From the NCBI GenBank assembly GCA_018647945.1, contig JABGSE010000034.1, forward strand, positions 3,380-67,379: a DNA stretch of 64,000 nucleotides, read 5' to 3'. The notes under the pieces are model-generated. The model saw only the letters and a list, made by a program, of their open reading frames with translations, had not been told where the DNA came from and did no database searches. Shown piece by piece: positions 1-9,684 of this stretch; within the stretch, counting starts at the first letter, position 1, and each line of letters starts with the position of its first letter. Both the position numbers and the translations under genes were made by a program. This DNA is from Flavobacteriales bacterium (lineage in GTDB: Bacteria > Bacteroidota > Bacteroidia > Flavobacteriales > BACL11).

Positions 1-1293
1 TTAGATGATTTTGGGAAAATGAAATCTGGTATTCCATCTGAAATGAAGTGTATTGCTTACCCTTTTTATTCAGAAGATTATCCGAAATGGAATGAGGTAA
101 CAAAAGATGTAGATCCACTTATGGAAAATGTAGTGAGAGATGAAATGGAGTTGGCTACTATTATATATACATCCGGAACAACTGGAGATCCGAAAGGAGT
201 GATGCACAAATTTTATAATTTTAGTTTTGCAACTACAAATGCAGTAAATGCATTACCTTTAGAAAATGAATCTTTCTTTTCTTATTTGCCTTTATGTCAT
301 ATTGCTGAACGATTATTAGTAGAAATGGGTTCTATTTATACGGGAGGGAAAGTTTCTTTTGCAGAGAGTTTAGATACTTTTGCTGATAATTTGTCTACTG
401 CTTCTCCTTCAGTATTTCTGGGTGTTCCTAGGATTTGGACTAAATTTCAACAAGGTATTTTAAAGAAATTACCGCAAAATAAATTGAATGTTTTGCTTTC
501 TATTCCTTTTGTTTCTTCCTTAATAAAAAAGAAGATACAGAAAGGTTTAGGTTTAAGTAAAGCAAGAAATATTTTTACAGGTGCAGCTCCTACTCCAGCT
601 CCTCTTATTAGGTGGTTTTCAAGATTAGGAATTACCATACAAGAAGCTTATGCCATGACGGAAAATACTTGCTATTCGCATGTTAGTTTAAGGGATAATA
701 TTAAAGTTGGTTCGGTAGGACAAGCTCTTCCATTTTGTGAGGTAAACCTCTCGGAACGAAAGGAAATATTGATAAAGCATGACGCTTTAATGGATGGTTA
801 TTATAAAGATGAAGAAGAAACTAATAAAACTATAATTGAGGGTTGGCTTCACACAGGTGATGAAGGAAAAATTGATAAAAATGGTTTCTTGACTATTACC
901 GGTAGAGTAAAGGATATTTTTAAAACAACTAAAGGGAAATATGTTGCGCCTTCTCCTATTGAAATGAAACTTTCTGCTAATAAAAACTTAGAACAAATTT
1001 GTGTGGTGGGTGACGGACTTCCTCAGCCTATTGTATTAGTAGTGCTTTCGGAAAGAGGAAAATCAAAAACTAAGGAAGATTTAATTGCAAGTTTGAAAAC
1101 TACATTAGAAGTGATAAATCCTAAATTGGATAGCCATGAAAAATTACATAATATAGTTGTAGTTGCTGAGGACTGGACTATTGAAAATAAGTTACTTACT
1201 CCAACTATGAAAATAAAGCGTAATGCAATTGAAAAGATTTACAAAAGCAATTATACCTCTTGGTATGAAGGGGATAGGGTAATTATGGATTAA
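1..1293 (+). CDS. AMP-dependent acyl-CoA synthetase/ligase (long-chain fatty-acid-CoA ligase-like), 5' end cut by window edge
   Basis: The frame is open from nt 1, with no stop upstream of the listed Met at 19. It carries the ANL-superfamily AMP-binding signature TSGTTGDPKGV plus GWLHTGD and a C-terminal KxKR motif. Confidence 0.85.
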   Translation, partial: LDDFGKMKSGIPSEMKCIAYPFYSEDYPKWNEVTKDVDPLMENVVRDEMELATIIYTSGTTGDPKGVMHKFYNFSFATTNAVNALPLENESFFSYLPLCHIAERLLVEMGSIYTGGKVSFAESLDTFADNLSTASPSVFLGVPRIWTKFQQGILKKLPQNKLNVLLSIPFVSSLIKKKIQKGLGLSKARNIFTGAAPTPAPLIRWFSRLGITIQEAYAMTENTCYSHVSLRDNIKVGSVGQALPFCEVNLSERKEILIKHDALMDGYYKDEEETNKTIIEGWLHTGDEGKIDKNGFLTITGRVKDIFKTTKGKYVAPSPIEMKLSANKNLEQICVVGDGLPQPIVLVVLSERGKSKTKEDLIASLKTTLEVINPKLDSHEKLHNIVVVAEDWTIENKLLTPTMKIKRNAIEKIYKSNYTSWYEGDRVIMD

Positions 1294-2104
1294 GCTCTGT
1301 TCCACATTTTTTACAAAATTTAGCATTTACTTCATGTCCTTCTGTGGTGCAGTTTGGGCAAGCTTGAGTACTTATTTGGATATTCCTTTTCCTGGAGAAT
1401 TCTGCTGCAAATATTCCAGTTGGAACAGCAATAATTCCATAACCCAAAATCATAATAAAAGAAGCTAAAAATTTCCCTAAAATTGTGTGTGGTACAATAT
1501 CACCATATCCAACAGTTGTTAGGGTGACAATAGCCCAATAAATACTTTGAGGGATACTTGTAAATCCATTGATGTGACCTTCCACTAAATACATTAAGGT
1601 TCCCATAATAATTACAAGCGTAAGTACTGCTGTAAGAAATACTACTATTTTACCCATACTTTGTCTTAATGCTAAAAGTAAAACCTTAGAACCGTGTACA
1701 TATCTTGCTAATTTCAAAATCCGAAAAATTCGCAATAATCGGAATGTTCTGATAACAACAAAATATTGAGATTGATTAAATAGTGGCATGAAATAAGTTG
1801 GTGCAAAAGAAATGAAATCAATTATACCGTAAAAACTAAAAATATACTTTAGTGGTTTTCCAGTAGCGTAAATTCTTAGCAAATATTCAATGGTAAATAA
1901 TATAGTTACTATCCATTCAAATGTACGGAGAAGATCTCCATACTGATTATGGATAGACTCAATACTTTCTAGCATTACAGCTACCAAACTCAGTATAATG
2001 GTAAAAAGTAAACAAATGTCAAAGAGTTTTCCGTAAAAAGTATCGGCTTCAAAAATGATTTCGTGAACTTTTTGTTGGAAAGAATTTGAAATGTTATTTT
2101 TCAT
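1283..2104 (-). CDS. Voltage-gated K+ channel (6TM, Kv-like) with C-terminal zinc-ribbon
   Basis: S4-like segment RTFRLLRIFRILKLARY has a basic residue at every third position. The K+ selectivity filter TVGYGD is present, and the C-terminus is CPNC-x13-CKKC. Confidence 0.85.
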   Translation of the reverse strand: MKNNISNSFQQKVHEIIFEADTFYGKLFDICLLFTIILSLVAVMLESIESIHNQYGDLLRTFEWIVTILFTIEYLLRIYATGKPLKYIFSFYGIIDFISFAPTYFMPLFNQSQYFVVIRTFRLLRIFRILKLARYVHGSKVLLLALRQSMGKIVVFLTAVLTLVIIMGTLMYLVEGHINGFTSIPQSIYWAIVTLTTVGYGDIVPHTILGKFLASFIMILGYGIIAVPTGIFAAEFSRKRNIQISTQACPNCTTEGHEVNAKFCKKCGTELNP

Positions 2105-2117
2105 CTCTGCTAAAGTA

Positions 2118-3839
2118 CTAATTTATTTTGGAAAGTTCTTTTTTTATAAAATCAGCAAGTTCTTTTACATAAGCTGCCGAAAAATCAAATTTGATTCCAG
2201 CGGTTTCGTAAATCTCACCAATCGATTTTGTGTAACCTAGCTTTAAAGCTTCCATATAATTGTCTAATGCTTCTTCTCCTTTTAGGATAAATTCTCTCCA
2301 CATTGCTATTGCACCAAGCTGAGCCATTCCGTATTCAATGTAATAAAACGGAACTTCATAAAGGTGTAATTGTCGTTGCCATTGGTTTGCCAAGGAGTCT
2401 TCTTGTCCATTCCAATCAATTACTTTGTTGCCCAATTCAGAAGAAATTTCCAACCATTGTTCTCTCCTTTGTTCTGCAGTGTGTTCTGTTGTATAAATCC
2501 AATGTTGAAATTTATCGATAGCTGCAATCCAAGGTAAACCTTCAAGTGCTTTTTCCAATTGCTCTTGTTTTGCTCTCTTTAACTCTTCTTCATTATCATA
2601 AAAAACATCCCAATGTTCCATGCTTAAAAGTTCCATACTCATGGATGCCAATTCTGCAACTTCTGATGGAGTACTTTTAAATTCAGTCATTTCCAAATCT
2701 CTACTTAAAAAAGAGTGAACAGCATGTCCTCCTTCATGAACCATTGTTACTACATCTCTTTGCGATCCTACTGCATTCATGTAAATAAAAGGAACACCAA
2801 TTTCGTAAAGTGGGTACATAAACCCTCCAGGAGCTTTCCCGTCTTTTGATTCCAAATCCAGATATTTCATCTCTTTCATTGTGGATAAACATTCTCCAAA
2901 ATAAGGTCTTAGTTTTTCAAAGCACTCAATAGATTTATCAGTTAAAATGTCTCCTCCATCAAATGGTTTTAAAGGAGATTTTCCATCTACATCCACTCCA
3001 GTATCCCAAATTTTGTAGTTTTCTAATCCTAATTTTTCTTTTCTTTCTTTTTCAAAAGAAGTTACAATAGGAACAATTTCTTGTTGTATTGCGTCATGAA
3101 AACTATAACAATCTGTTGCCGTATAGTCAAATCTTCCCAATGCAGAAAACATATAATCTCTGTAGTTTTTAAATCCTGAATTTTGTGCAATTTTTTGTCT
3201 TAAAGATATCAATTCATCATATAGTGTGTCTAATTTATCTCTGTCTTCTAATCTTCTTTCAGAAATTTTATGATATACTTCTTCTCTTTTTTCTCTGTTT
3301 GGGTCTTTTAAAAGTTGAGCTGCTTTTTGCATGGTAAGTTTTTTACCATCTACTTCAATACTCATTTTTGCAGAAATAGTACCATATTCTTGTTGTTTGG
3401 TTTCCATCTCTGTAAAAAGAGGGATGTTATCTTCTCTATATATTTCAATAGATTTTTTTACGCTTCTTAAGTATATTCGATATTTTTCAGAATCTAAGTC
3501 GTTTAAAAAAGAACTTTCAACTAATTTTAAGTTTAGTTTATGAGAGTAAGGAGCCATTTTCGGAGAGATTTCTTTTATCCAAAAGTGAAACCTGTCTCCT
3601 AATTCTTTGTCGGTAGTGTCGATATTCATTTTTATGTACCTCCATGCCATATCTTCTTCCAAAACCGCTGCTAACTCTGATCTGTTCAACATCCATTTCT
3701 CCAAATCGGATGTATTATTTATTGCTCTATTTACTAAATCTTCAAATAAAGATTCAATTTTTTCCCATGAGTCAATTACTAAATATTCAGAAACAAATTT
3801 TCTTTTTGGTTTAGTAGGAATTTCTATTGTATTATTCAT
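2118..3839 (-). CDS. pepF: M3-family oligoendopeptidase F
   Basis: 573 aa with the zinc motif HEGGHAVH (HExxH). Length and layout fit M3B oligoendopeptidases. Confidence 0.85.
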   Translation of the reverse strand: MNNTIEIPTKPKRKFVSEYLVIDSWEKIESLFEDLVNRAINNTSDLEKWMLNRSELAAVLEEDMAWRYIKMNIDTTDKELGDRFHFWIKEISPKMAPYSHKLNLKLVESSFLNDLDSEKYRIYLRSVKKSIEIYREDNIPLFTEMETKQQEYGTISAKMSIEVDGKKLTMQKAAQLLKDPNREKREEVYHKISERRLEDRDKLDTLYDELISLRQKIAQNSGFKNYRDYMFSALGRFDYTATDCYSFHDAIQQEIVPIVTSFEKERKEKLGLENYKIWDTGVDVDGKSPLKPFDGGDILTDKSIECFEKLRPYFGECLSTMKEMKYLDLESKDGKAPGGFMYPLYEIGVPFIYMNAVGSQRDVVTMVHEGGHAVHSFLSRDLEMTEFKSTPSEVAELASMSMELLSMEHWDVFYDNEEELKRAKQEQLEKALEGLPWIAAIDKFQHWIYTTEHTAEQRREQWLEISSELGNKVIDWNGQEDSLANQWQRQLHLYEVPFYYIEYGMAQLGAIAMWREFILKGEEALDNYMEALKLGYTKSIGEIYETAGIKFDFSAAYVKELADFIKKELSKIN

Positions 3840-4269
3840 CTTCCTTTTTTGTTTTTGTAGTTTTCTTTTTAGGTTCTTCTTCCTTTGGTAGTTCTATTAA
3901 TCCGACAGATTGTAAAGAATTATACCATTGAAAAACTTTTTTTATATCTGAAATATATACTCTATCTTCATCATAGTCTGGTAAAATTATTCTAAAATAT
4001 TCTTCTAATTCATTTTTAGATGCTTTGTGGGAGATAGACGATTTACAGTCTGTTTTTTTAGCAATATTTGTAAAAACTTCAACTAAAGGCAGAGTGTCGT
4101 CATAAGTATAAATCCCTATTTCTTCCAAGGAGTTTGCTGATGTGTGAGGGTAAACTGGCATTCTTTTGTTATCGGTTAACGATTCTACAATTACAGAGTT
4201 TTTTCCTTGTGATACAATTTTATGTAATCCTGATTTTCCAGATACATTTATAATTCCTTCTATGTTCAT
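3832..4269 (-). CDS. Conserved hypothetical protein with K/E-rich C-terminal tail
   Basis: 145-aa ORF whose 3' end overlaps the pepF start by 8 nt. A TAAATTTG box lies upstream. No catalytic motif was recognised. Confidence 0.6.
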   Translation of the reverse strand: MNIEGIINVSGKSGLHKIVSQGKNSVIVESLTDNKRMPVYPHTSANSLEEIGIYTYDDTLPLVEVFTNIAKKTDCKSSISHKASKNELEEYFRIILPDYDEDRVYISDIKKVFQWYNSLQSVGLIELPKEEEPKKKTTKTKKEDE

Positions 4270-4288
4270 TTATAAAGTTTTAAGTCCG

Positions 4289-4296
4289 CAAATTTA
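4289..4296 (-). promoter_or_regulatory. -7 box TAAATTTG upstream of the 145-aa gene/pepF operon
   Basis: Exact TAnnTTTG on the minus strand, 19 nt before ATG 4269. Confidence 0.45.
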
Positions 4297-4366
4297 CATT
4301 TTTTAATAGAAAGATAGGGAGATTAGTAATTGAATTAATTATTGTATTATTGGAATCTTAAATTTT

Positions 4367-6067
4367 ATGTTTCTATCAAAACTAAAAAATAAAAAAGAGG
4401 TTATTTCATGGTCGTTATACGATTTTGCAAACCAGCCATTTACTACCATAATAGTTACTTTTGTTTACGGAGCTTTTTTTACTTCTGTAATTGCTTCAGA
4501 TGAAAGAACGGGAACATTATTATGGAGTTCATCTATTGCAATAACTGCAGTGGTGGTTTCTTTACTCTCTCCAATTTTAGGAGCACTTGCCGATAGAGGA
4601 GGGTATAGAAAATTTTTCTTGATTTTTTTTACTTGGATTTGTGCTATTTTTTCCATCTTACTTTATTTTCCAAAAGCTGGGGATGTATATTTTGCTCTTT
4701 CTTTATTTATAGTAGCAAATATTGCATTCGAAATGGGAAGTGTATTTTGTAATTCTTATTTACCTGATTTATCTGAAAGAAAAAATATTGGTAAAATATC
4801 TGGATTTGCTTGGGGATTGGGTTTTGTTGGTGGACTTATTGCTATGTTCTTGTCTTTAATTTTTGTAGTGCAACCAGAAACCCCAATATTTAATTTAGAA
4901 AGATTAAGTTCTTCCAATTCCCTAGAATTAAAGGTTGATAGTATTTCTGAAAATAGAATTTATGTTTATTCTACTAACGATATTCATCTTGGAATGTATC
5001 TTAAGTTAGAAAATAAAAATATTACGGAAGATATTGTAGTTAAAGAAATTAAGGATAATTATTTATCGTTTTCAAAACATATAAATAATTTAGAATTTCC
5101 TACTAAAAGATTTGAGCTTTATGGGAAACCAATTTGGACTTTAGAGGAGTCAACAGGAAGTTATGCGATTTTTTCAACTCAAGATAAAGTATTTGAGATA
5201 AGAAGCCCTGTTTATTCATATGATAGTTTAATGGGATTATGCGCTTATTCTAATAAAGGAGAAATATTTTTAATAGATAAAAAATTCTGTTCTGAAAACA
5301 ATTTAGATTATCATGAAATATCAACTATATCACATAAAACAACACAAAATATTAGATTTAATAATATATTGATTGGTATTTGGTTTCTTATTTTTAGCAT
5401 ACCAACCTTTTTATTTATTAAAGATAGAAAAAGTGAAAAATTACAAAAACATCATATTACAGATTCTTTCAAATCAATAAAAAATACATTTAAAGAAGTA
5501 GTGAAATACAAAATAATATTACAATTTTTAATTGCCAGATTATTCTTTAATGATGGACTGATTACTATTTTTTCTTTAGGAGGAATTTATGCTGTAGACA
5601 CACTTAATTTTACCTTTGATGAGGTTATGATGCTGGGAATTGTATTGAATATTGCCGCTGGTGTAGGTTCATTTGTTTTCGGATATTTAGAAGATTTAAT
5701 TGGAGTAAGAAAGGTGATTAATATTTCACTTTTAGTATTAATTTTTGCTACTCTTTTAGCATATTTTGCGCCAGAAACAACAAATCCTAAACAGATGTTT
5801 TGGGTGGCAGGAGTTTTAATTGGATTAATGGTGGGTCCTAATCAATCTTGTAGTCGTTCATTTATGTCCAGACTTACTCCTAAAGAAAAACAGAATGAAT
5901 TTTTTGGTTTTTTTGCTTTAACAGGAAAAGCAACCTCTTTTTTAGGTCCTCTTCTTTTCGGATTTATTACTTTAAAATATTCTCAGCAAATTGCACTATG
6001 GGTAGTTATTGTCTTTTTTATAATCGGTTTATTTCTTTTCAATAGAATTCAATTTAAAGAAGATTAA
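4367..6067 (+). CDS. MFS transporter, UMF1/Atg22-like subfamily, with a large loop insertion
   Basis: Multi-TM hydrophobic profile with the N-terminal WSLYDFANQPF motif typical of this MFS subfamily. About 160 non-hydrophobic residues are inserted after the fifth hydrophobic segment. Confidence 0.75.
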   Translation: MFLSKLKNKKEVISWSLYDFANQPFTTIIVTFVYGAFFTSVIASDERTGTLLWSSSIAITAVVVSLLSPILGALADRGGYRKFFLIFFTWICAIFSILLYFPKAGDVYFALSLFIVANIAFEMGSVFCNSYLPDLSERKNIGKISGFAWGLGFVGGLIAMFLSLIFVVQPETPIFNLERLSSSNSLELKVDSISENRIYVYSTNDIHLGMYLKLENKNITEDIVVKEIKDNYLSFSKHINNLEFPTKRFELYGKPIWTLEESTGSYAIFSTQDKVFEIRSPVYSYDSLMGLCAYSNKGEIFLIDKKFCSENNLDYHEISTISHKTTQNIRFNNILIGIWFLIFSIPTFLFIKDRKSEKLQKHHITDSFKSIKNTFKEVVKYKIILQFLIARLFFNDGLITIFSLGGIYAVDTLNFTFDEVMMLGIVLNIAAGVGSFVFGYLEDLIGVRKVINISLLVLIFATLLAYFAPETTNPKQMFWVAGVLIGLMVGPNQSCSRSFMSRLTPKEKQNEFFGFFALTGKATSFLGPLLFGFITLKYSQQIALWVVIVFFIIGLFLFNRIQFKED

Positions 6068-6071
6068 TTCC

Positions 6072-6079
6072 TATTTTTG
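6072..6079 (+). promoter_or_regulatory. Bacteroidota -7 box TATTTTTG, 4 nt before the yceI-family ATG
   Basis: Exact match to TAnnTTTG. Spacer AAAA, then ATG at 6084. Confidence 0.5.
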
Positions 6080-6083
6080 AAAA

Positions 6084-6626
6084 ATGAAACAATTTCTTTT
6101 TATTTTGTTTACTTTCTCTGCTATATTTGCTTCTTCTCAGGAAAAATATATTTCAAGAAATGGATCTATTCAATTTATTGCTTCAACTCCTTTGGAAACG
6201 ATAGATCCTATAAATAATTATGTTTCTTGTATTTTAGATACCGAAAATGGTCATCTTGTTTTTCAACTGAAAATGATTTCATTTAAATTTGAAAAAGCTT
6301 TGATGGAAGAACATTTTAATGAAAAATATGTAGAGTCTGAAAAATTTCCTAAAGCAACTTTTCAAGGAAAGATAAAAGATTGGAACACTAAACTTTTGGA
6401 TGGAGAAAAACATATGGTAATTGCAATAGGAAATATCACAATCCATGGAGTAGAAAAAGAAATAACAGTAAATGGAATTATTAAAACCAATAAGATAAAT
6501 ATTTTTCTAAGTTCTTCTTTCGATATAACTCTTGCAGATTTTGGAGTTGAAATTCCAAAACTTGTAAGAGATAAAATATCAAAAACTGTAAAAGTGGAGG
6601 TGAATATGAATTTAAAACAAAAATAA
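6084..6626 (+). CDS. YceI-family periplasmic polyisoprenoid-binding protein
   Basis: Signal peptide and 180 aa, with YceI-like patterns (ATFQGKI, ITIHGVEKEITV). Confidence 0.75.
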   Translation: MKQFLFILFTFSAIFASSQEKYISRNGSIQFIASTPLETIDPINNYVSCILDTENGHLVFQLKMISFKFEKALMEEHFNEKYVESEKFPKATFQGKIKDWNTKLLDGEKHMVIAIGNITIHGVEKEITVNGIIKTNKINIFLSSSFDITLADFGVEIPKLVRDKISKTVKVEVNMNLKQK

Positions 6627-6627
6627 A

Positions 6628-7491
6628 ATGAAAAGATTATTAGTATTTTTGGGTTGTTTTTTCTTGTCCTTTTCTTCTTTCTCTCAAGATGATTTACTCT
6701 CTTTTTTGGATAATGAAAATGAAGATAACTTGACGTTTGCAACTTTTAAATCTACCAAGATAATCAATCTGCAATCGATTGAACAAACCAATAAAAAGGA
6801 ATTAAATTTTGTTATTTCTCACAGATTTGGAACTGTTAATTCCGGTATTGAAAATTTGTATGGATTGGATAATGGAAGCATGCGAATGAGTTTTGATTAT
6901 GGACTTTCAGATAATGTTACAGTTGGACTTGCCAGAAGTTCATCTCAAAAAGTAATTGATGTTTCTGTAAAAGGTAGAGTGATTACACAAGGAAGAAAAA
7001 ACTTTCCTTTTACAGTTGCTGTTTATTCCGCAATTTATTATGACACACTTTCTTCTGTGTGGGCATCTGAAAGTTTATTGAAAAATGATTTTAGTTTTGT
7101 TAATCAGATTATAATTGCTAGAAAAATAAATTCTAATTTATCTCTACAACTTTCTCCATCATTTACTCATTATAATTTTCCTTCTCCTTATCCATGGCAA
7201 AATGTAGTGAATAAAAGAATGTACGCTTTAGGAATTGGAGGGAGGTATAAAGTGAATAGAAGTGTTTCTGTCAATTCAGAATGGATTCCCATTTTAGATA
7301 AGGAGGAAGGAACAGTAAATTCATTTTCTGTGGGTTGCGATATTGAAACTGGAGGACATGTTTTTCAGTTATTTTTGACTAATTCTACTAAGATGTATGA
7401 GAGAGGTTTTATAAATGAAACTTTAGGAGAATGGGGAGATGGAGGAGTACATTTTGGATTTAATATTTCAAGAGTTTTTAATTTCAATTAA
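6628..7491 (+). CDS. Putative outer-membrane beta-barrel protein (DUF5777-like)
   Basis: Signal peptide with ISHRFG and NLYGLD motifs and alternating beta-strand pattern. It starts 2 nt after the YceI gene stop. Confidence 0.6.
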   Translation: MKRLLVFLGCFFLSFSSFSQDDLLSFLDNENEDNLTFATFKSTKIINLQSIEQTNKKELNFVISHRFGTVNSGIENLYGLDNGSMRMSFDYGLSDNVTVGLARSSSQKVIDVSVKGRVITQGRKNFPFTVAVYSAIYYDTLSSVWASESLLKNDFSFVNQIIIARKINSNLSLQLSPSFTHYNFPSPYPWQNVVNKRMYALGIGGRYKVNRSVSVNSEWIPILDKEEGTVNSFSVGCDIETGGHVFQLFLTNSTKMYERGFINETLGEWGDGGVHFGFNISRVFNFN

Positions 7492-7871
7492 TGAAAAAAA
7501 TTGAACAAATAATTATTTCTTCTTTAATATTAGGAATTTTATCCTTCCTTTATATTTCAATGCCTCCAACTAATTATTTTTTAACATCTTCAGAACATTC
7601 GTTCAGTTCAACTAATCAATTTGAGGAGGTTCATACAGAATATATTGGAAAAGTTGTAGATATTAAAGGTGTAATTACTTCCGTTTCTGAAGAAGTTAAA
7701 TTCACTAATATTATTTTAGATTCTTCTTTCCTTTTCTCAATTGAAACTATAAATCTGAATAAAAAAATCTCAGAAAATGATGTGATTATTATTAAAGGAA
7801 GGTTTATCGGTTTTGATATAGATAATCTTTTTGAACCATATTCATTTACCGATTGTGTTATTCAAGATTAA
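7491..7871 (+). CDS. Membrane-anchored OB-fold (tRNA_anti-like) protein
   Basis: N-terminal TM segment, then the pattern YIGKVVDIKGVITSV...IIIKGRFIGFD...FTDCVI typical of small OB-fold lipoprotein-like proteins. Its start overlaps the upstream stop by 1 nt. Confidence 0.5.
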   Translation: MKKIEQIIISSLILGILSFLYISMPPTNYFLTSSEHSFSSTNQFEEVHTEYIGKVVDIKGVITSVSEEVKFTNIILDSSFLFSIETINLNKKISENDVIIIKGRFIGFDIDNLFEPYSFTDCVIQD

Positions 7872-7905
7872 TAGATTAAACTCCTCTATTTTCATTTGAT
7901 AATTT

Positions 7906-7913
7906 TACTTTTG
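7906..7913 (+). promoter_or_regulatory. -7 box TACTTTTG, 4 nt before the lhgO GTG
   Basis: Exact TAnnTTTG. Spacer CAAA, then GTG at 7918. Confidence 0.5.
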
Positions 7914-7917
7914 CAAA

Positions 7918-9132
7918 GTGCAAAGCATTAAATACGACATAGCGATAGTTGGAGGGGGAATTGTAGGGATGTCAACCGCTTATAAGATACAAAAAAAATA
8001 TCCTAAACTCAATTTGATTATTCTTGAAAAAGAAAAAGAATTGGCCTTTCATCAAACTGGTAGAAATTCTGGTGTAATTCATTCTGGATTATACTATACT
8101 CCGGGTTCGTACAGAGCGAAAAATTGTGTTGATGGTAGAGTTCAATTGGTAGAGTTTGCAAAAAAGTATGATATTAAACATGATGTTTGTGGAAAAATAG
8201 TGTTGGCCGTTAATCAAAAAGAATCCAAACAATTGATTACTCTAAAACAAAAAGGGGAGAAAAACGGATTAACAAATTTGGAAATAATTGACATGAAAAA
8301 GGTAAAAGAAATTGAACCTTATGCTGAAGGTGTTTCCGCTTTATTTGTTCCTCAATCTGGGATTATTGATTATAAAGGAGTTACTAATAAACTTGCCGAA
8401 TTAATAAAAGAGATAAATTCTGAAAGCAGAATTGAAACAAATTGTGAAGTATTAAATATTGGAAATGAGAAGTTGTTTTCAACAAAAGGAACTATTAATG
8501 CATCTCATTCAATATTTTGTGGAGGTTTATTTTCTGATAGGTTAGCTATAAAAGATAACTTAGAACTAAAGATGCAAATTATTGGTTTTAGAGGAGATTA
8601 TTATGAGTTAGAGGATACATCAAAGTACAAGGTTAAGAATTTAATTTACCCTGTTCCTAATCCTGAATTTCCGTTTTTGGGTATTCATTTTACGCGCATG
8701 ACTGATGGAAGTATAGAGTGTGGGCCGAATGCGGTTTTCACTTTTAAAAGAGAGGGATACAAAAAAACCGACTTTAATCTGAAAGATAGTTGGGATGCAT
8801 TGACTTTTTCGGGTACATGGAAGCTGTTCATAAATCATTGGAAATTTGGCTTGAATGAATATAGGAGGGCGTTTTCAAAAAGATTATTTTTGAAGGAATT
8901 AAAAAAGATGGTTCCTTCACTAACAATGGAAGAGATTAAGATAGGAAGATCGGGAGTGAGAGCAATGGCCCTGGGAAATGATGGAAAAGTAATTGAAGAT
9001 TTTATGATAGTTAAAAATGATAAAAATATACATATTTTAAATGCTCCTTCTCCTGCTGCTACGGCTTGCCTTGCAATTGGAGATGAAATTGTAGAACATG
9101 CCACTAAGAGTTTTGATTTAAATAATAAATAA
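7918..9132 (+). CDS. lhgO: L-2-hydroxyglutarate oxidase (FAD-dependent oxidoreductase)
   Basis: GTG start. Has the N-terminal FAD fold DIAIVGGGIVGMSTA and SGVIHSGLYY, and the ~400 aa length typical of LhgO. Confidence 0.8.
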   Translation: MQSIKYDIAIVGGGIVGMSTAYKIQKKYPKLNLIILEKEKELAFHQTGRNSGVIHSGLYYTPGSYRAKNCVDGRVQLVEFAKKYDIKHDVCGKIVLAVNQKESKQLITLKQKGEKNGLTNLEIIDMKKVKEIEPYAEGVSALFVPQSGIIDYKGVTNKLAELIKEINSESRIETNCEVLNIGNEKLFSTKGTINASHSIFCGGLFSDRLAIKDNLELKMQIIGFRGDYYELEDTSKYKVKNLIYPVPNPEFPFLGIHFTRMTDGSIECGPNAVFTFKREGYKKTDFNLKDSWDALTFSGTWKLFINHWKFGLNEYRRAFSKRLFLKELKKMVPSLTMEEIKIGRSGVRAMALGNDGKVIEDFMIVKNDKNIHILNAPSPAATACLAIGDEIVEHATKSFDLNNK

Positions 9133-9684
9133 ATGTTAAAGTTTTTCGGAATATCAAAGAAGGAAAAAGTAAAAGTGAAGAGGACTGCTGATATTTTTAC
9201 TGTTGCATTGAACAAAGTGATTGATGGAGGTTTTTCAGAAATACAAGATTTTTTTAACAAAAATAATAATTTAGAAACAAGTCCTAATATTTCGGATGAA
9301 GATATAAAATGGTTTCGGTTAATTGTTTTTGTTGGAAATTTAAATGCTATGTCTGCAAAATTTGAGGATGAAGAAACTTTAGATTTAAGAAACCATATTC
9401 TGGATAATTTATTACCTCTTTTGGATGATGACAATGAAATTGCAATGGATTTGTTTTTGGATTACGAAAAATACTTTGATGATGTTTTGTCAAAGTACCC
9501 TGACAATCAGAAGGCAATGTCAATGTCAATTTTTGATAAGTATAAAATAAATGATTGTCAATCAGAACTTTTTAAAAGAAAGAATGAACCAAATCCTATT
9601 CTGTTCAATGAATTGAAAAATCTATTGAGTCACTTTATGTGGAATTGGGATGAGTTTTTAGAAAACTGTAAAATTGTTTACTAG
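9133..9684 (+). CDS. Hypothetical acidic cytoplasmic protein
   Basis: 183-aa ORF starting immediately after the lhgO stop codon. Composition is protein-like (D/E/K/N-rich, helical). No motif recognised. Confidence 0.55.
   Translation: MLKFFGISKKEKVKVKRTADIFTVALNKVIDGGFSEIQDFFNKNNNLETSPNISDEDIKWFRLIVFVGNLNAMSAKFEDEETLDLRNHILDNLLPLLDDDNEIAMDLFLDYEKYFDDVLSKYPDNQKAMSMSIFDKYKINDCQSELFKRKNEPNPILFNELKNLLSHFMWNWDEFLENCKIVY

Noticed and set aside
8835-9434. 199-aa ORF on the minus strand, the longest antisense ORF in the window, spanning the lhgO 3' end and the following gene
   Set aside because: It is fully antisense to two ORFs with much better coding character; lhgO has clear FAD-oxidase motifs. 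Its composition is the S/F/I/L-rich pattern typical of antisense frames, and it has no promoter box or recognisable motif.
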